Origin: Acaryochloris thomasi RCC1774
Lineage (GTDB): Bacteria; Cyanobacteriota; Cyanobacteriia; Thermosynechococcales; Thermosynechococcaceae
DNA: 32,000 bases
Assembly (NCBI RefSeq): GCF_003231495.1
Contig: NZ_PQWO01000008.1
Location: 120,001 to 152,000, forward strand
Reading direction: 5' to 3'
The notes beneath the pieces were generated by a model. That model had not been told where the DNA came from, made no database searches, and was given only the letters and a program-made list of their open reading frames with translations. Every line of letters starts with the position of its first letter. Position 1 is the stretch's first letter. Of the stretch, positions 17,901 to 26,190 are shown one piece after another. The position numbers and the translations under genes are program-made.

Positions 17901-19142
17901 GGGCATCAGTATGCGGGGCAGTTTTTTCTGGGCACGATCGGCATTGACCCAGTACTGACACAGCGAGCCAAAGAGAATATCTAGGCTATGGTGTCCCTCG
18001 TAGGGATGGATGTAGGCTCCTAGTAGAGAGGCTTTTGATGATAAATCACCCTGCTGGAGTTGTAGAAATTGATTGAGCCAGACATAGGTGGTTCGCAGCC
18101 AGTAGTGCTTGGGCTGACGAACCATCTGCTGGGTATAGCTCTGGGCTTCCTGGAGTCGTTCTGGAGAGCCGTCCTGGAGCAGCGCCAGAATAAAGAATAA
18201 ACCACTGATGTTGCCAAAGTAGGCCTTACGTTTCTTTTTGACTGCCCGGAGGTGGGTCAGCGCCCGAGTGTAGTGGGCAATGGCCTTCGAGGTGTCTCCC
18301 TGTAAGAACGCCAGCCAGCCCCAATAGGTGGCTGCGCTGTCTTCTGAAAGCTGAGCGAGTGACTCCAGCACCGCAGGAACCTCTTCGACATCGCCACGCA
18401 ACAGAAGCTGTTCCGCCAGCATCAGCTTTAAAGCCGCGGAACAGCGAGAATTCTCAGCCACAGACTCTTCCAGAAGCATCTCAAAGGCTTCTTCGCAGTT
18501 TGCCAACGTCAAGACAGAATGGTCGAAAATACCGTAGAGGCCAAGCTCATAGAAGTTCGGAGACAGCGATTGGAACCATTCAGCATCAAAGGGATTACTG
18601 CAAATCGTAGCGATCACCTCTGCCTGAGTCAGTTTGTCCTGAGGGTATTTAGCTTGGTGGTAGTCTTTGATCTGCGCTTCAAAAGAAGCGAAGTCCTGCC
18701 GATAAAAGTCAATACGGGCCTCACGAAGGAATTGTGCTTCACTCTTAAATCGCCGAGGAGCATTTTGATGAGGGTAGTAAATTGGGATTGCCTTTTGGAC
18801 CACCCGGGCGTAGACAGCAAACCGCCCTGCCTTCACAGCATCACGAGTTGCGATCTCTGCAATGAATGGATGACACTGTGGTCCCTGACCACGCTCTTGC
18901 AACAATAATCCTGCATCGAGCAGCCCATCAATATACGGCTTCAGATTTTTACTAATAAAGGGGGCTTGATCAAGATCTCGAATCCCCAGCTTGTTAAGGC
19001 ACTCCATGATGGTGGTGCGATTAACCGGTTCATAAACAACGGCAAGAAGCTGCACAATCTCTTGTGCAACAGCAGGGCAGGCATTGTAAAGATCTTGAAG
19101 CTGACTACGTTGCTTATCGATCTTGAGATCGGAATCGAACAT
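14928..19142 (-). CDS. SNF2/RapA-family DEAD-like helicase with a large N-terminal helical extension and a SNF2-associated middle region
   Basis: 1404 aa with an ATG start. Helicase motifs [15 protein letters not shown] (I), [10 protein letters not shown] (II), [18 protein letters not shown] (III), KALVFSQF (IV), [39 protein letters not shown] (V-VI). The N-terminal ~480 aa is helical/TPR-like with no motif I recognise. Confidence 0.9.
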   Translation of the reverse strand: [1404 protein letters not shown]

Positions 19143-19357
19143 GGCAAAGTCTTTGGCTAGCAGCGATGACGCATCTTAAAACCAGTATTGTCCAGAACCT
19201 CTATTTAAAGCGAGTTGACAAAAAAAAGCCGAAAGGATTCACGACAGGCACTTCTGGCTGACGACACAAAAAAGTAGAGTGAATCAAGACACCACCCTAA
19301 AATCGCCCGTCTAGAGTACAAAATAGAGATGGTTGTCCTGTAGGAGCATCCGAATCT

Positions 19358-20179
19358 TTGTCCAAGCAACGCCTTGACACTTTACTGGTTGAGCTAAATC
19401 TTTGTAATTCTCGTCAGCGTGCCCAGCGCCTGATTCGTGCGGGTGAAGTGAAAGTCAATCAGCAGCTGGTTGATAAACCGGGCACTCAAGTGCCCACTGA
19501 TGCCAAAGTAACGGTCAAAGAACGGCCTCCTTACGTTTCGCGGGGCGGAGAAAAACTAGTTCAGGCTCTGCAAACGTTTCCAATTCAGGTTAAAGATCGT
19601 GTTGCTCTCGATGGCGGTATCTCCACAGGTGGCTTCACGGACTGTCTATTGCAGAACGGCGCCCAACAGGTCTACGGGGTTGATGTCGGCTACGGACAAG
19701 TGGCCTGGAAGCTGCGCACAGATCCCCGCGTCATTCTCAAAGAGCGCACGAATATTCGCTATCTGAAGCCGAATGATCTCTATGCTCCTGATGCCCAGGT
19801 TCCTGATTTGGGAGTGATGGATGTTTCGTTTATTTCGTTGACGAAGGTGCTGCCTGCTTTTTGGGCGCTGCTGCGGCCGCCCCGTGAAGTGGTGCTGCTG
19901 GTCAAGCCTCAGTTTGAGGTGGGTCAGGAGCGGATTGGGAAAAAAGGCGTGGTTAGGGATCCAGTAGCTCAAGGAGATGCGATCGCAACTGTCCTCACAG
20001 CAGCCGAGACCCTGGGCTGGCAGTACGCCGGTCTTACCTGGTCTCCCTGTCCTGGTCCTGCGGGCAATATTGAGTTTTTGCTCTGGATGCAGATGCAGCA
20101 GCAAGCAGACCGTCCTGAAGCAACAGATCTGATTCAGCTTGCCAAGACCGCACAGCAGCAGTTATTTAAGGCTTCCTAG
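19358..20179 (+). CDS. tlyA: TlyA-family rRNA (cytidine-2'-O)-methyltransferase (S4 domain + FtsJ fold)
   Basis: N-terminal SKQRLDTLLVELNLCNSRQRAQRLIRAGEVKVN (S4). LDGGISTGGFTDCLLQNGAQQVYGVDVGYGQVAWKLRTDPRV (SAM-binding). The start is apparently TTG at 19358, because the nearest upstream ATG hits a stop. Confidence 0.85.
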   Translation: MSKQRLDTLLVELNLCNSRQRAQRLIRAGEVKVNQQLVDKPGTQVPTDAKVTVKERPPYVSRGGEKLVQALQTFPIQVKDRVALDGGISTGGFTDCLLQNGAQQVYGVDVGYGQVAWKLRTDPRVILKERTNIRYLKPNDLYAPDAQVPDLGVMDVSFISLTKVLPAFWALLRPPREVVLLVKPQFEVGQERIGKKGVVRDPVAQGDAIATVLTAAETLGWQYAGLTWSPCPGPAGNIEFLLWMQMQQQADRPEATDLIQLAKTAQQQLFKAS

Positions 20180-21116
20180 CGACAATCGTCCGATGGCGCG
20201 GGTCGCTAGCCACCGTCACGACGGCTTCAAACCCCGTTGCTTCAAGAGCTGACTCCACATCAAAGGTGTAATAGTCATCACTCCAGGGCTCTGTACTCTT
20301 CATCAGAGTAAAAAGTGCGGGCGGTAAATTCTGAATCACGGGTGACTTTGGATTGTTGTCTACCAGGGCAATGCATCCCCCTGAGTTCAGCAGACGATAG
20401 ACCTCTTGAAAGATCTCTGCGGTGGCCTGTCGTGGCAGCTCATGAATCACAAACTGAAGGGTAACCAAATCAAAGGACTGGCTCTCAAACCCAGTTTCCT
20501 CAGCCTTCGCATGTCGCCATTCAGCGATCTCCTGGTGCGTATCTCGAAGTTTCGCCACGCTCAACATATGGGGCGATAAATCGAGACCGATTGTTTTCGC
20601 CTGAGGATAAAAGCGTTGAAGCATCAGGGTCGAGACGCCCACAGAGCAACCAATATCAAGGATTCGCTCCACTTGACGAGGTCCATGCTCCGCTAAAACC
20701 TGATGGAAACTGGAGCGTAGGCGAGCCTGAGCATCTTCCCAGGTTAAGTCTTCTTGCGGCCACACTCGAAGCGCCATTGAATAGGTGGCAGACTCGGCTT
20801 CAAAGGCAGCGGGCCAACAGAGATTTCCCTCAGCGTAGGCATGGAAAGGCACTTGATAGTAGTCAGGATAGGTAACGGGCCGCTCTACGGTCTCCAAAAG
20901 CAATTTGACATTGGATGCCTCTAGCTGCTCATAGTTCTGACGCCAGGGGATGCCGTTCGTTTCAGCCGTTTTGATCAGCACCCGACGGGCCTGCTGCTTC
21001 ATGACTGAATAGATAGGCTTCGTCTGGATTAACAGATTCACAAATCGGGAGAGCCAGTCGCCCCCCGCCCAGTCTGGCTTAATTTTATCGGTTGCGTCTA
21101 ACGTAGATGTGCCCAA
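20166..21116 (-). CDS. Class I SAM-dependent methyltransferase
   Basis: Motif I ILDIGCSVGVSTLML, post-I TIGLDLSP, and later GGCIALVDNNP. TTG start at 21116. The 3' end overlaps the tlyA 3' end convergently by 14 bp. Confidence 0.75.
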   Translation of the reverse strand: MGTSTLDATDKIKPDWAGGDWLSRFVNLLIQTKPIYSVMKQQARRVLIKTAETNGIPWRQNYEQLEASNVKLLLETVERPVTYPDYYQVPFHAYAEGNLCWPAAFEAESATYSMALRVWPQEDLTWEDAQARLRSSFHQVLAEHGPRQVERILDIGCSVGVSTLMLQRFYPQAKTIGLDLSPHMLSVAKLRDTHQEIAEWRHAKAEETGFESQSFDLVTLQFVIHELPRQATAEIFQEVYRLLNSGGCIALVDNNPKSPVIQNLPPALFTLMKSTEPWSDDYYTFDVESALEATGFEAVVTVASDPRHRTIVARKP

Positions 21117-21167
21117 ATCGACCTCGAATTGACGTCAATGTTCTCTATTTTAGGAGTTTCTGTATCT

Positions 21168-22310
21168 TCATTCACTTGTTGGAATGGCACGGGTTAAACA
21201 AGGGACAGCAACAACGGTCCCCGTGGCCTCTCCAATTTGAACCTTAAGGCCCGCTCCACCTGCTTTTGTTTTGATATAGCCCAACCCGAGGTAGCCATCA
21301 GCCGTCTGAACCTGGCTGGTGAGTATGCCAACTTTCCGATCTTCCAGCAGCAGGGAAGCACCGGGTTCAGCAGATTCTTCAAGCTGGATACCCCAAAGCT
21401 GCTGCTTCACGCCGTTGTAAGTGTTAAGACGGGCAATTGTCTCCTGGCCAATGTAGCAGCCTTTATCTAGAGAGATTGCGTGCCAAAGTCCAGCCTCTAG
21501 GGGGTTATAGTCTTCTGTGAGCTCGGCATCTGGGGAGGGTCGACCTTGCTGTACTCGAAGCTGCTCCCAGGCTTGAGTGCCCATCGGTACCGCTCCAGCT
21601 TGTCTGCACATCTGCCATAGCTCAGCAGCCTGTTCATACGAAACAAGTAGCGTATAACCCGGAGTCGAGAGTCCGCTGCCCACTGCAATCCGCAGAGTAA
21701 TGTCCTCGACGGTGACGGTCTGATGTTGGTGCAGCTCGGTAGGTAAAGCTAATCCCCATTTCTCTAGCAGAGCCTGGGATTCAGGACCGAGAAGACTAAA
21801 GGTAGCTAGGGTATGGGTGAGATCGCAACATTCAACCTTGTCCCCAAAAAAAATATAGCGGTCAAACCACTGCAGCAGCTGCTCTCGGCGGCTAGGAGAC
21901 ACCAATAACAAAATCGAATCTTCAGTGACATAGGCACTCACCAAATCGATCGTGCGGGCTGTAGAGGTCAAAATCACGGTGTCGCAGCCCTGCCCAACCT
22001 TCAGAGCCTTCAAATCATTGGTGCTCTGGTTGTGCAAAAAGCTGAGACGGTCTGCTCCTTTGAGTTCTAGAAGACCCCAGTGGGTGCGATCGCAAATCGC
22101 TACGCCAGAGCTAGCTGCAATCACGGCCTCCTGATCTTGCCCAAAACTCTTCACCATCGACGGCTCGCCCTCCAACTGAGCGCCGTCTGTCTGCTGACTA
22201 TCTCGCAACTTCTGAAGCATCATATTCACGGGTCTATTCAACAGTGCCTCAAACATCTTAGACCGACCTACTATTTTCTTGACACTTAAAAATCCGATCT
22301 TAGAAAACAA
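21168..22310 (-). CDS. ygfZ: YgfZ/GcvT-family folate-binding protein
   Basis: Hallmark DKGCYIGQETIARL (K-G-C-Y-x-G-Q-E) plus an aminomethyltransferase-like N-terminal half (LLELKGADRLSFLHNQSTND). The track start is TTG 22310. An ATG at 22256 (MFEALLNRP) is a more likely start. Confidence 0.8.
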   Translation of the reverse strand: MFSKIGFLSVKKIVGRSKMFEALLNRPVNMMLQKLRDSQQTDGAQLEGEPSMVKSFGQDQEAVIAASSGVAICDRTHWGLLELKGADRLSFLHNQSTNDLKALKVGQGCDTVILTSTARTIDLVSAYVTEDSILLLVSPSRREQLLQWFDRYIFFGDKVECCDLTHTLATFSLLGPESQALLEKWGLALPTELHQHQTVTVEDITLRIAVGSGLSTPGYTLLVSYEQAAELWQMCRQAGAVPMGTQAWEQLRVQQGRPSPDAELTEDYNPLEAGLWHAISLDKGCYIGQETIARLNTYNGVKQQLWGIQLEESAEPGASLLLEDRKVGILTSQVQTADGYLGLGYIKTKAGGAGLKVQIGEATGTVVAVPCLTRAIPTSE

Positions 22311-22495
22311 AAAGGGAGCCCATTTTTGTAAAGAAACAAGAAGAAAGATCCATCTGACTTAGCAATTCGTTGCAATTGACAGATGGCAACAAGTTGTATG
22401 CGATGATTTATGCGAGAGAAATCTAAAATTTTCACTGTCACCCCTGCTTTGAGACGACTGCGAGGGGCTGTCCGATTTGAGAGGAGAACAACTTC

Positions 22496-22987
22496 ATGAC
22501 AATGGATATGGTTCAAGCTGGTGGCGATCCCCAGGTGGGAAACCTCGCAACTCCAGTCAATTCTTCAGGTATTGTTAAAACTTTTATCAACAATCTACCT
22601 GCTTACCGCAAGGGACTTTCGGCCAACAGCCGCGGCCTAGAAGTGGGTATGGCTCACGGCTATTTTCTCTATGGTCCTTTTGCGATTTTGGGCCCCAACC
22701 GGGGTGCTGAGATCGGCGATATCGCAGGTGCTTTAGGGGCGGTTGGGTTAATCAGTGTATTGACCATCGCTTTGTCTCTTTACATCAGTGCGGGCGTCAG
22801 CCAACCTGCCGCAACCTGTACAACACCTAATCCTCCTTCAGAGTTAGGTACAAGCGAAGGCTGGAGTTCTTTCTCTAACGGGTTCTGGATTGGCGGCTGT
22901 GGCGGCGCTGTTTTTGCCTTCGCCATCTGTCAAATGCCTTTCCTAACTCCACTTCAGGACATCATCCGCGGCATCTGGCCTGCATAG
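22496..22987 (+). CDS. psaL: Photosystem I reaction centre subunit XI
   Basis: GNLATPVNSSGIVKTFINNLPAYRKGLSANSRGLEVGMAHGYFLYGPF is the conserved PsaL core. 163 aa, followed by a strong intrinsic terminator. Confidence 0.95.
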   Translation: MTMDMVQAGGDPQVGNLATPVNSSGIVKTFINNLPAYRKGLSANSRGLEVGMAHGYFLYGPFAILGPNRGAEIGDIAGALGAVGLISVLTIALSLYISAGVSQPAATCTTPNPPSELGTSEGWSSFSNGFWIGGCGGAVFAFAICQMPFLTPLQDIIRGIWPA

Positions 22988-23043
22988 GCTGACAGTCATA
23001 GCCCCTTCTCCAAGAGGCCTTCTCTGACTGAATCATGCTCTTC

Positions 23044-23079
23044 AAAAAAGCGTCCTTGCTGTAGCAGGGGCGCTTTTTT
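23044..23079 (+). terminator. Rho-independent terminator downstream of psaL
   Basis: AGCGTCCTTGC (23049-23059) pairs with GCAGGGGCGCT (23064-23074): 11 bp including 2 G-U pairs, loop TGTA. A T6 run follows at 23074-79 and an A6 run precedes it, so it could act bidirectionally. Confidence 0.8.
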
Positions 23080-23313
23080 AGGGCCGAATTTCAGATTAAA
23101 GCGTTGACGGGCCAATCCCAGCGGCCATCGCTTGATTGCCAATCCCCCTGACTAATCGGTGATGCCTGTCTTTATCCGAGAAAAACTGTACCGTGAAAAG
23201 GGAGGCGTCCTGTACAGCCGGTGAGGGTGAGTTTAAGTTTGCGATCGCAAAAGAAACGTAGCCCCGAGCACAGGTATTACTCTGCGGGTCAAGCCTCTAA
23301 ATCTAATCCACCC

Positions 23314-24054
23314 ATGGAGGTGAACAACGTGAAAGCGCTCATGTTGCCCCTGACAACCTTACTCGCCCTTTCGACATTAGAAGCAGTTCAAGCTTCAGAA
23401 GGGCACCTGCTCAACGCATCGTTGAAAGTGCATTCGTCTCAACTTAGGGGGCGACGTCGGCACTCTTCTCCCCAACACTTTCATCGTTTTAGACCACATC
23501 CCTTCAAGCAACGTCGGCTGCGCCGAAAGTTCCCATTCAAGCGCAAACGAGTCTTTCTCCAGCCCCATCCAGGAATTCATTACCGGCAATATATTCGTCC
23601 ATTCCCCTCCCTGAAAAATTCTCACCATTCTCATCGAGAGTTTTATCCACACGATTATCATCCTGTGCGCAGGAAAATTCGCATTCGTCCTGGCCGCGTC
23701 ACCGTCAACCCAGAAGAAGCCAAGACTCCTCGGCGCATTTACGTTAACTCTGTTCCCGAACTAGAGCCAATCCATACCTTACCGGCTGAGTTTGTGGGGC
23801 CAGACGGCCAGTATGACCGGCAAGGATTGGCAAAGCAGATCACGCTCAAAATGGGGCAAGATCCTGAGCTAGAGCCGCTCTTGAAGACATTAGAGATCAC
23901 TCAACAGGACAGTCGGGTCATCTTTAAAGGCCAGCTCCCCAACCAGACCGTGCTAGATAAGCTTGTCGCTATTTCCAAAGCAACGCGAGGCGTTCAGACT
24001 ATCGAAACACAGCAAGTCGTTATCCTGGCTACCAACCAAAGCCAGCTAGAATAA
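23314..24054 (+). CDS. Secreted protein with an Arg/His/Pro-rich basic low-complexity region and a C-terminal BON-like domain
   Basis: The track ORF starts at 23221 (GTG). ATG 23314 gives the signal peptide MEVNNVKALMLPLTTLLALSTLEAVQA. The C-terminus ITQQDSRVIFKGQLPNQTVLDKLVAISKATRGVQTIETQQV fits the BON pattern. Confidence 0.6.
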   Translation: MEVNNVKALMLPLTTLLALSTLEAVQASEGHLLNASLKVHSSQLRGRRRHSSPQHFHRFRPHPFKQRRLRRKFPFKRKRVFLQPHPGIHYRQYIRPFPSLKNSHHSHREFYPHDYHPVRRKIRIRPGRVTVNPEEAKTPRRIYVNSVPELEPIHTLPAEFVGPDGQYDRQGLAKQITLKMGQDPELEPLLKTLEITQQDSRVIFKGQLPNQTVLDKLVAISKATRGVQTIETQQVVILATNQSQLE

Positions 24055-24216
24055 AGGCTTTCTTGCGTGCAGGGAAAATTGAAATGCGCCACAATCTCCG
24101 GTTGACGGTCCCTTAGAAAAACGTTTTGATAACAACCATCGCCACCCAGAATTTCGGTCCCCGATGCATGTTAAGATACATATCGATTATACAAGCTGTG
24201 TTGGAAGGAAAATTCG

Positions 24217-24354
24217 ATGGAAGCAGCCCTGCTGGTGGCAAAATTACCGGAAGCCTACTCCGCATTTTCTCCCGTAGTGGACGTAATGCCAGTCATTCCC
24301 GTGTTCTTTTTCTTGTTGGCCTTTGTCTGGCAAGCTGCGGTTGGTTTTAAATAA
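24217..24354 (+). CDS. psbK: Photosystem II reaction centre protein K
   Basis: Hand translation gives [45 protein letters not shown], 45 aa with TAA at 24352-54. This matches the conserved PsbK sequence (KLPEAY...[19 protein letters not shown]). It is absent from the ORF track because it is under 60 aa. Confidence 0.9.
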   Translation: MEAALLVAKLPEAYSAFSPVVDVMPVIPVFFFLLAFVWQAAVGFK

Positions 24355-24398
24355 ACCCTTAACCCAACGACCATTTACATTACATATTTCAAAGTTCA

Positions 24399-24423
24399 GG
24401 GAAACAAGCAATGCTTGTTTCCC
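24399..24423. terminator. Perfect 11-bp hairpin between convergent psbK and the downstream minus-strand gene
   Basis: GGGAAACAAGC (24399-24409), loop AAT, GCTTGTTTCCC (24413-24423), followed by TATTT on the + strand. It sits 45 nt after the psbK stop and 16 nt after the minus-gene stop. Confidence 0.65.
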
Positions 24424-24438
24424 TATTTAGTCTGTAAA

Positions 24439-24876
24439 TCAACTCAACCAGAGCGGGTTGCTAGGGAAGAAGTACATCCCAACCAACCAACCACCGCTAA
24501 ACGCTGTACTCGAGATAGATAAAAGAATCACAAGCGTCACGACACGACTAAATCCAGCCGTTTGAAACTCCAATCGGGCAAACAGCTGAGTCAAGACCAA
24601 AATGAGAACCTCAACAAACGCTGTTGGAGCAGAAGCCGCCAGAGTCAGCGACAAACTGAAAATGAGCATTGTAATCACACCCCGAGGACCAATCCGCATC
24701 ATACGGCCCATCAGTCCGCCACCCCACATTAGGGCGATCGTAGAAGCGCAAATGCCAATGAGTGCCCCAACAGACCAGAGAATATTCTGTGCAGACAACT
24801 GCCAGCCGAGCAGACCGTAAGCCAAACTCACCGTCAACAGAGAGACCCATAGCGTTGGGCGAACATCAACCGTCAT
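24439..24876 (-). CDS. Hypothetical integral membrane protein (about 4-5 TM helices)
   Basis: Strongly hydrophobic ORF (LWVSLLTVSLAYGLLGW, ILWSVGALIGICASTIALMWGG, VITMLIFSLSLTLAASA, VVTLVILLSISSTAF). The track start is TTG 24888; the first ATG is at 24876. No family recognised. Confidence 0.55.
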   Translation of the reverse strand: MTVDVRPTLWVSLLTVSLAYGLLGWQLSAQNILWSVGALIGICASTIALMWGGGLMGRMMRIGPRGVITMLIFSLSLTLAASAPTAFVEVLILVLTQLFARLEFQTAGFSRVVTLVILLSISSTAFSGGWLVGMYFFPSNPLWLS

Positions 24877-25006
24877 TCCAGATATCAAGCTCCCCAGAGA
24901 ACCTCAGCTTCAGTGTGCTGGCTTATGTAATAGAAGTCCAGGGTAGCTCTTGCATTAGAATTCATTAGAAGCGGCAAAGCATCGCATAGGGCAATAGAGC
25001 ACAGAC

Positions 25007-26146
25007 GTGACAGACATTCAACCAGAAGGGTTAGAGACAGATATCGTCCCCCCCAAAGAGATACAGCAACATCAAAAGATGATGCAGCGCTGCCTAGCGC
25101 TTGCTCAACAAGCTGCAGGTCGCACCGCCCCCAATCCACTCGTTGGCTGCGTCATTGTTCGTGACGGAGAGATTGTCGGCGAAGGCTTTCATCCTCAAGC
25201 CGGAGAGCCCCATGCCGAGGTTTTTGCGCTACGGGCAGCAGGCAAGCAAGCCACTGGAGCCACCGCCTATGTCAGCCTAGAGCCATGCAACCATTTCGGA
25301 CGCACGCCACCCTGCACCGAAGCTCTCATTAACGCTCAGGTCGCCCGAGTCGTTGTCGGCATGGTCGACCCCGACCCGCGAGTTTCAGGTCGCGGCATTG
25401 AACGGCTGCGGTCTGCCAATATCCGAGTGATCGTAGGTGTCGAAGAGCAAGCTTGCCAAGACGTTAACGAAGCATTCATCCACCGCACCCTGCATCAACG
25501 TCCTTTCGGTACCCTCAAATACGCCATGACCCTTGATGGTAAGATTGCCACCTCTCAAGGTCACAGCGCCTGGGTGACCCAAGAAGCCGCTCGCACCCAC
25601 GTTCATCAACTCCGATCAACCTGTGACGCTGTCATTGTGGGCGGCAACACCGTACGCCACGACAACCCTCGCCTCACAAGTCACGTCGGTGGTAATTCCC
25701 CCAATCCCTTACGAGTGGTGATGACCCGCTCCCTCCAACTACCGAAAACAGCCCACCTTTGGGATCAAGAGGAAGCAGCGACTCTAGTCTTAACCGAAGG
25801 CAATCCCAACCCCCAGTTTCAAACCGAACTCATTGAGCAAGGCGTAGAAGTGGTCAATCTAGAGTCTCTAACTCCGCTTCACGCCATGAACTATCTCAAT
25901 CAGCGAGACATCCTATCCGTTCTCTGGGAATGTGGAGGAACCCTAGCAGCCCCTGCAATCGCAGATGGTGTTGTACAAAAAGTCCTAGCATTTGTAGCTC
26001 CAAAAATTGTAGGCGGCCTCAGTGCTCCTTCTCCCGTTGGCGAGCTAAACCTCAACAAAATGACCAGCGCCATCACTCTAGAAAGAGTTCACTGGCGCAC
26101 CCTAGGCCCTGATCTTTTGGTAGAAGGGTATCTCTCATCAGATTAG
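25007..26146 (+). CDS. ribD: Bifunctional riboflavin biosynthesis protein RibD (pyrimidine deaminase / uracil reductase)
   Basis: Deaminase zinc motifs HAEVFAL and PCNHFGRTPPCTEAL. Reductase half LKYAMTLDGKIATSQGHSAWVT...GGNTVRHDNPRLT. The track start is GTG 25007; a tandem ATG at 25079 (MMQRCLALAQ) is an alternative start. Confidence 0.92.
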   Translation: MTDIQPEGLETDIVPPKEIQQHQKMMQRCLALAQQAAGRTAPNPLVGCVIVRDGEIVGEGFHPQAGEPHAEVFALRAAGKQATGATAYVSLEPCNHFGRTPPCTEALINAQVARVVVGMVDPDPRVSGRGIERLRSANIRVIVGVEEQACQDVNEAFIHRTLHQRPFGTLKYAMTLDGKIATSQGHSAWVTQEAARTHVHQLRSTCDAVIVGGNTVRHDNPRLTSHVGGNSPNPLRVVMTRSLQLPKTAHLWDQEEAATLVLTEGNPNPQFQTELIEQGVEVVNLESLTPLHAMNYLNQRDILSVLWECGGTLAAPAIADGVVQKVLAFVAPKIVGGLSAPSPVGELNLNKMTSAITLERVHWRTLGPDLLVEGYLSSD

Positions 26147-26170
26147 ATGGCCCATCTTCAGATTTTCACA

Positions 26171-26190
26171 TCAGACGACAGCACGTCTGA
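26171..26190 (+). terminator. Candidate hairpin downstream of ribD
   Basis: TCAGACG (26171-77) / CGTCTGA (26184-90), a 7-bp stem with 6-nt loop, 25 nt after the ribD stop. No convincing U-tract follows (TTGCC). Confidence 0.3.

Noticed and set aside
19646-20104. 152-aa minus-strand ORF
   Set aside because: It is entirely antisense to the well-supported tlyA gene, Arg/Pro/Gln-rich and without motifs, which is a typical shadow ORF. The same reasoning applies to the other internal antisense or alternate-frame ORFs in the track (e.g. 1353-1646, 3015-3369, 5766-6113, 8310-8603, 16886-17200, 17310-17650, 18519-18908, 29013-29384).
22311-22495. Candidate psaL promoter elements (TTGACA near 22376, TAAAAT near 22424) and a neighbouring psaI gene
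   Set aside because: The hexamers are not at compatible spacing with partner boxes. No PsaI-like small ORF was found on either side of psaL by eye.
24126-24350. 74-aa + strand ORF from the track
   Set aside because: It overlaps psbK (24217-24354) in a different frame, and its sequence is not protein-like. psbK explains the region.
24373-24390. TTTACATTACAT motif reminiscent of HLR1 high-light regulatory repeats
   Set aside because: It does not fit the two-repeat HLR1 spacing. It also lies downstream of psbK between two convergent gene ends, not in a promoter.
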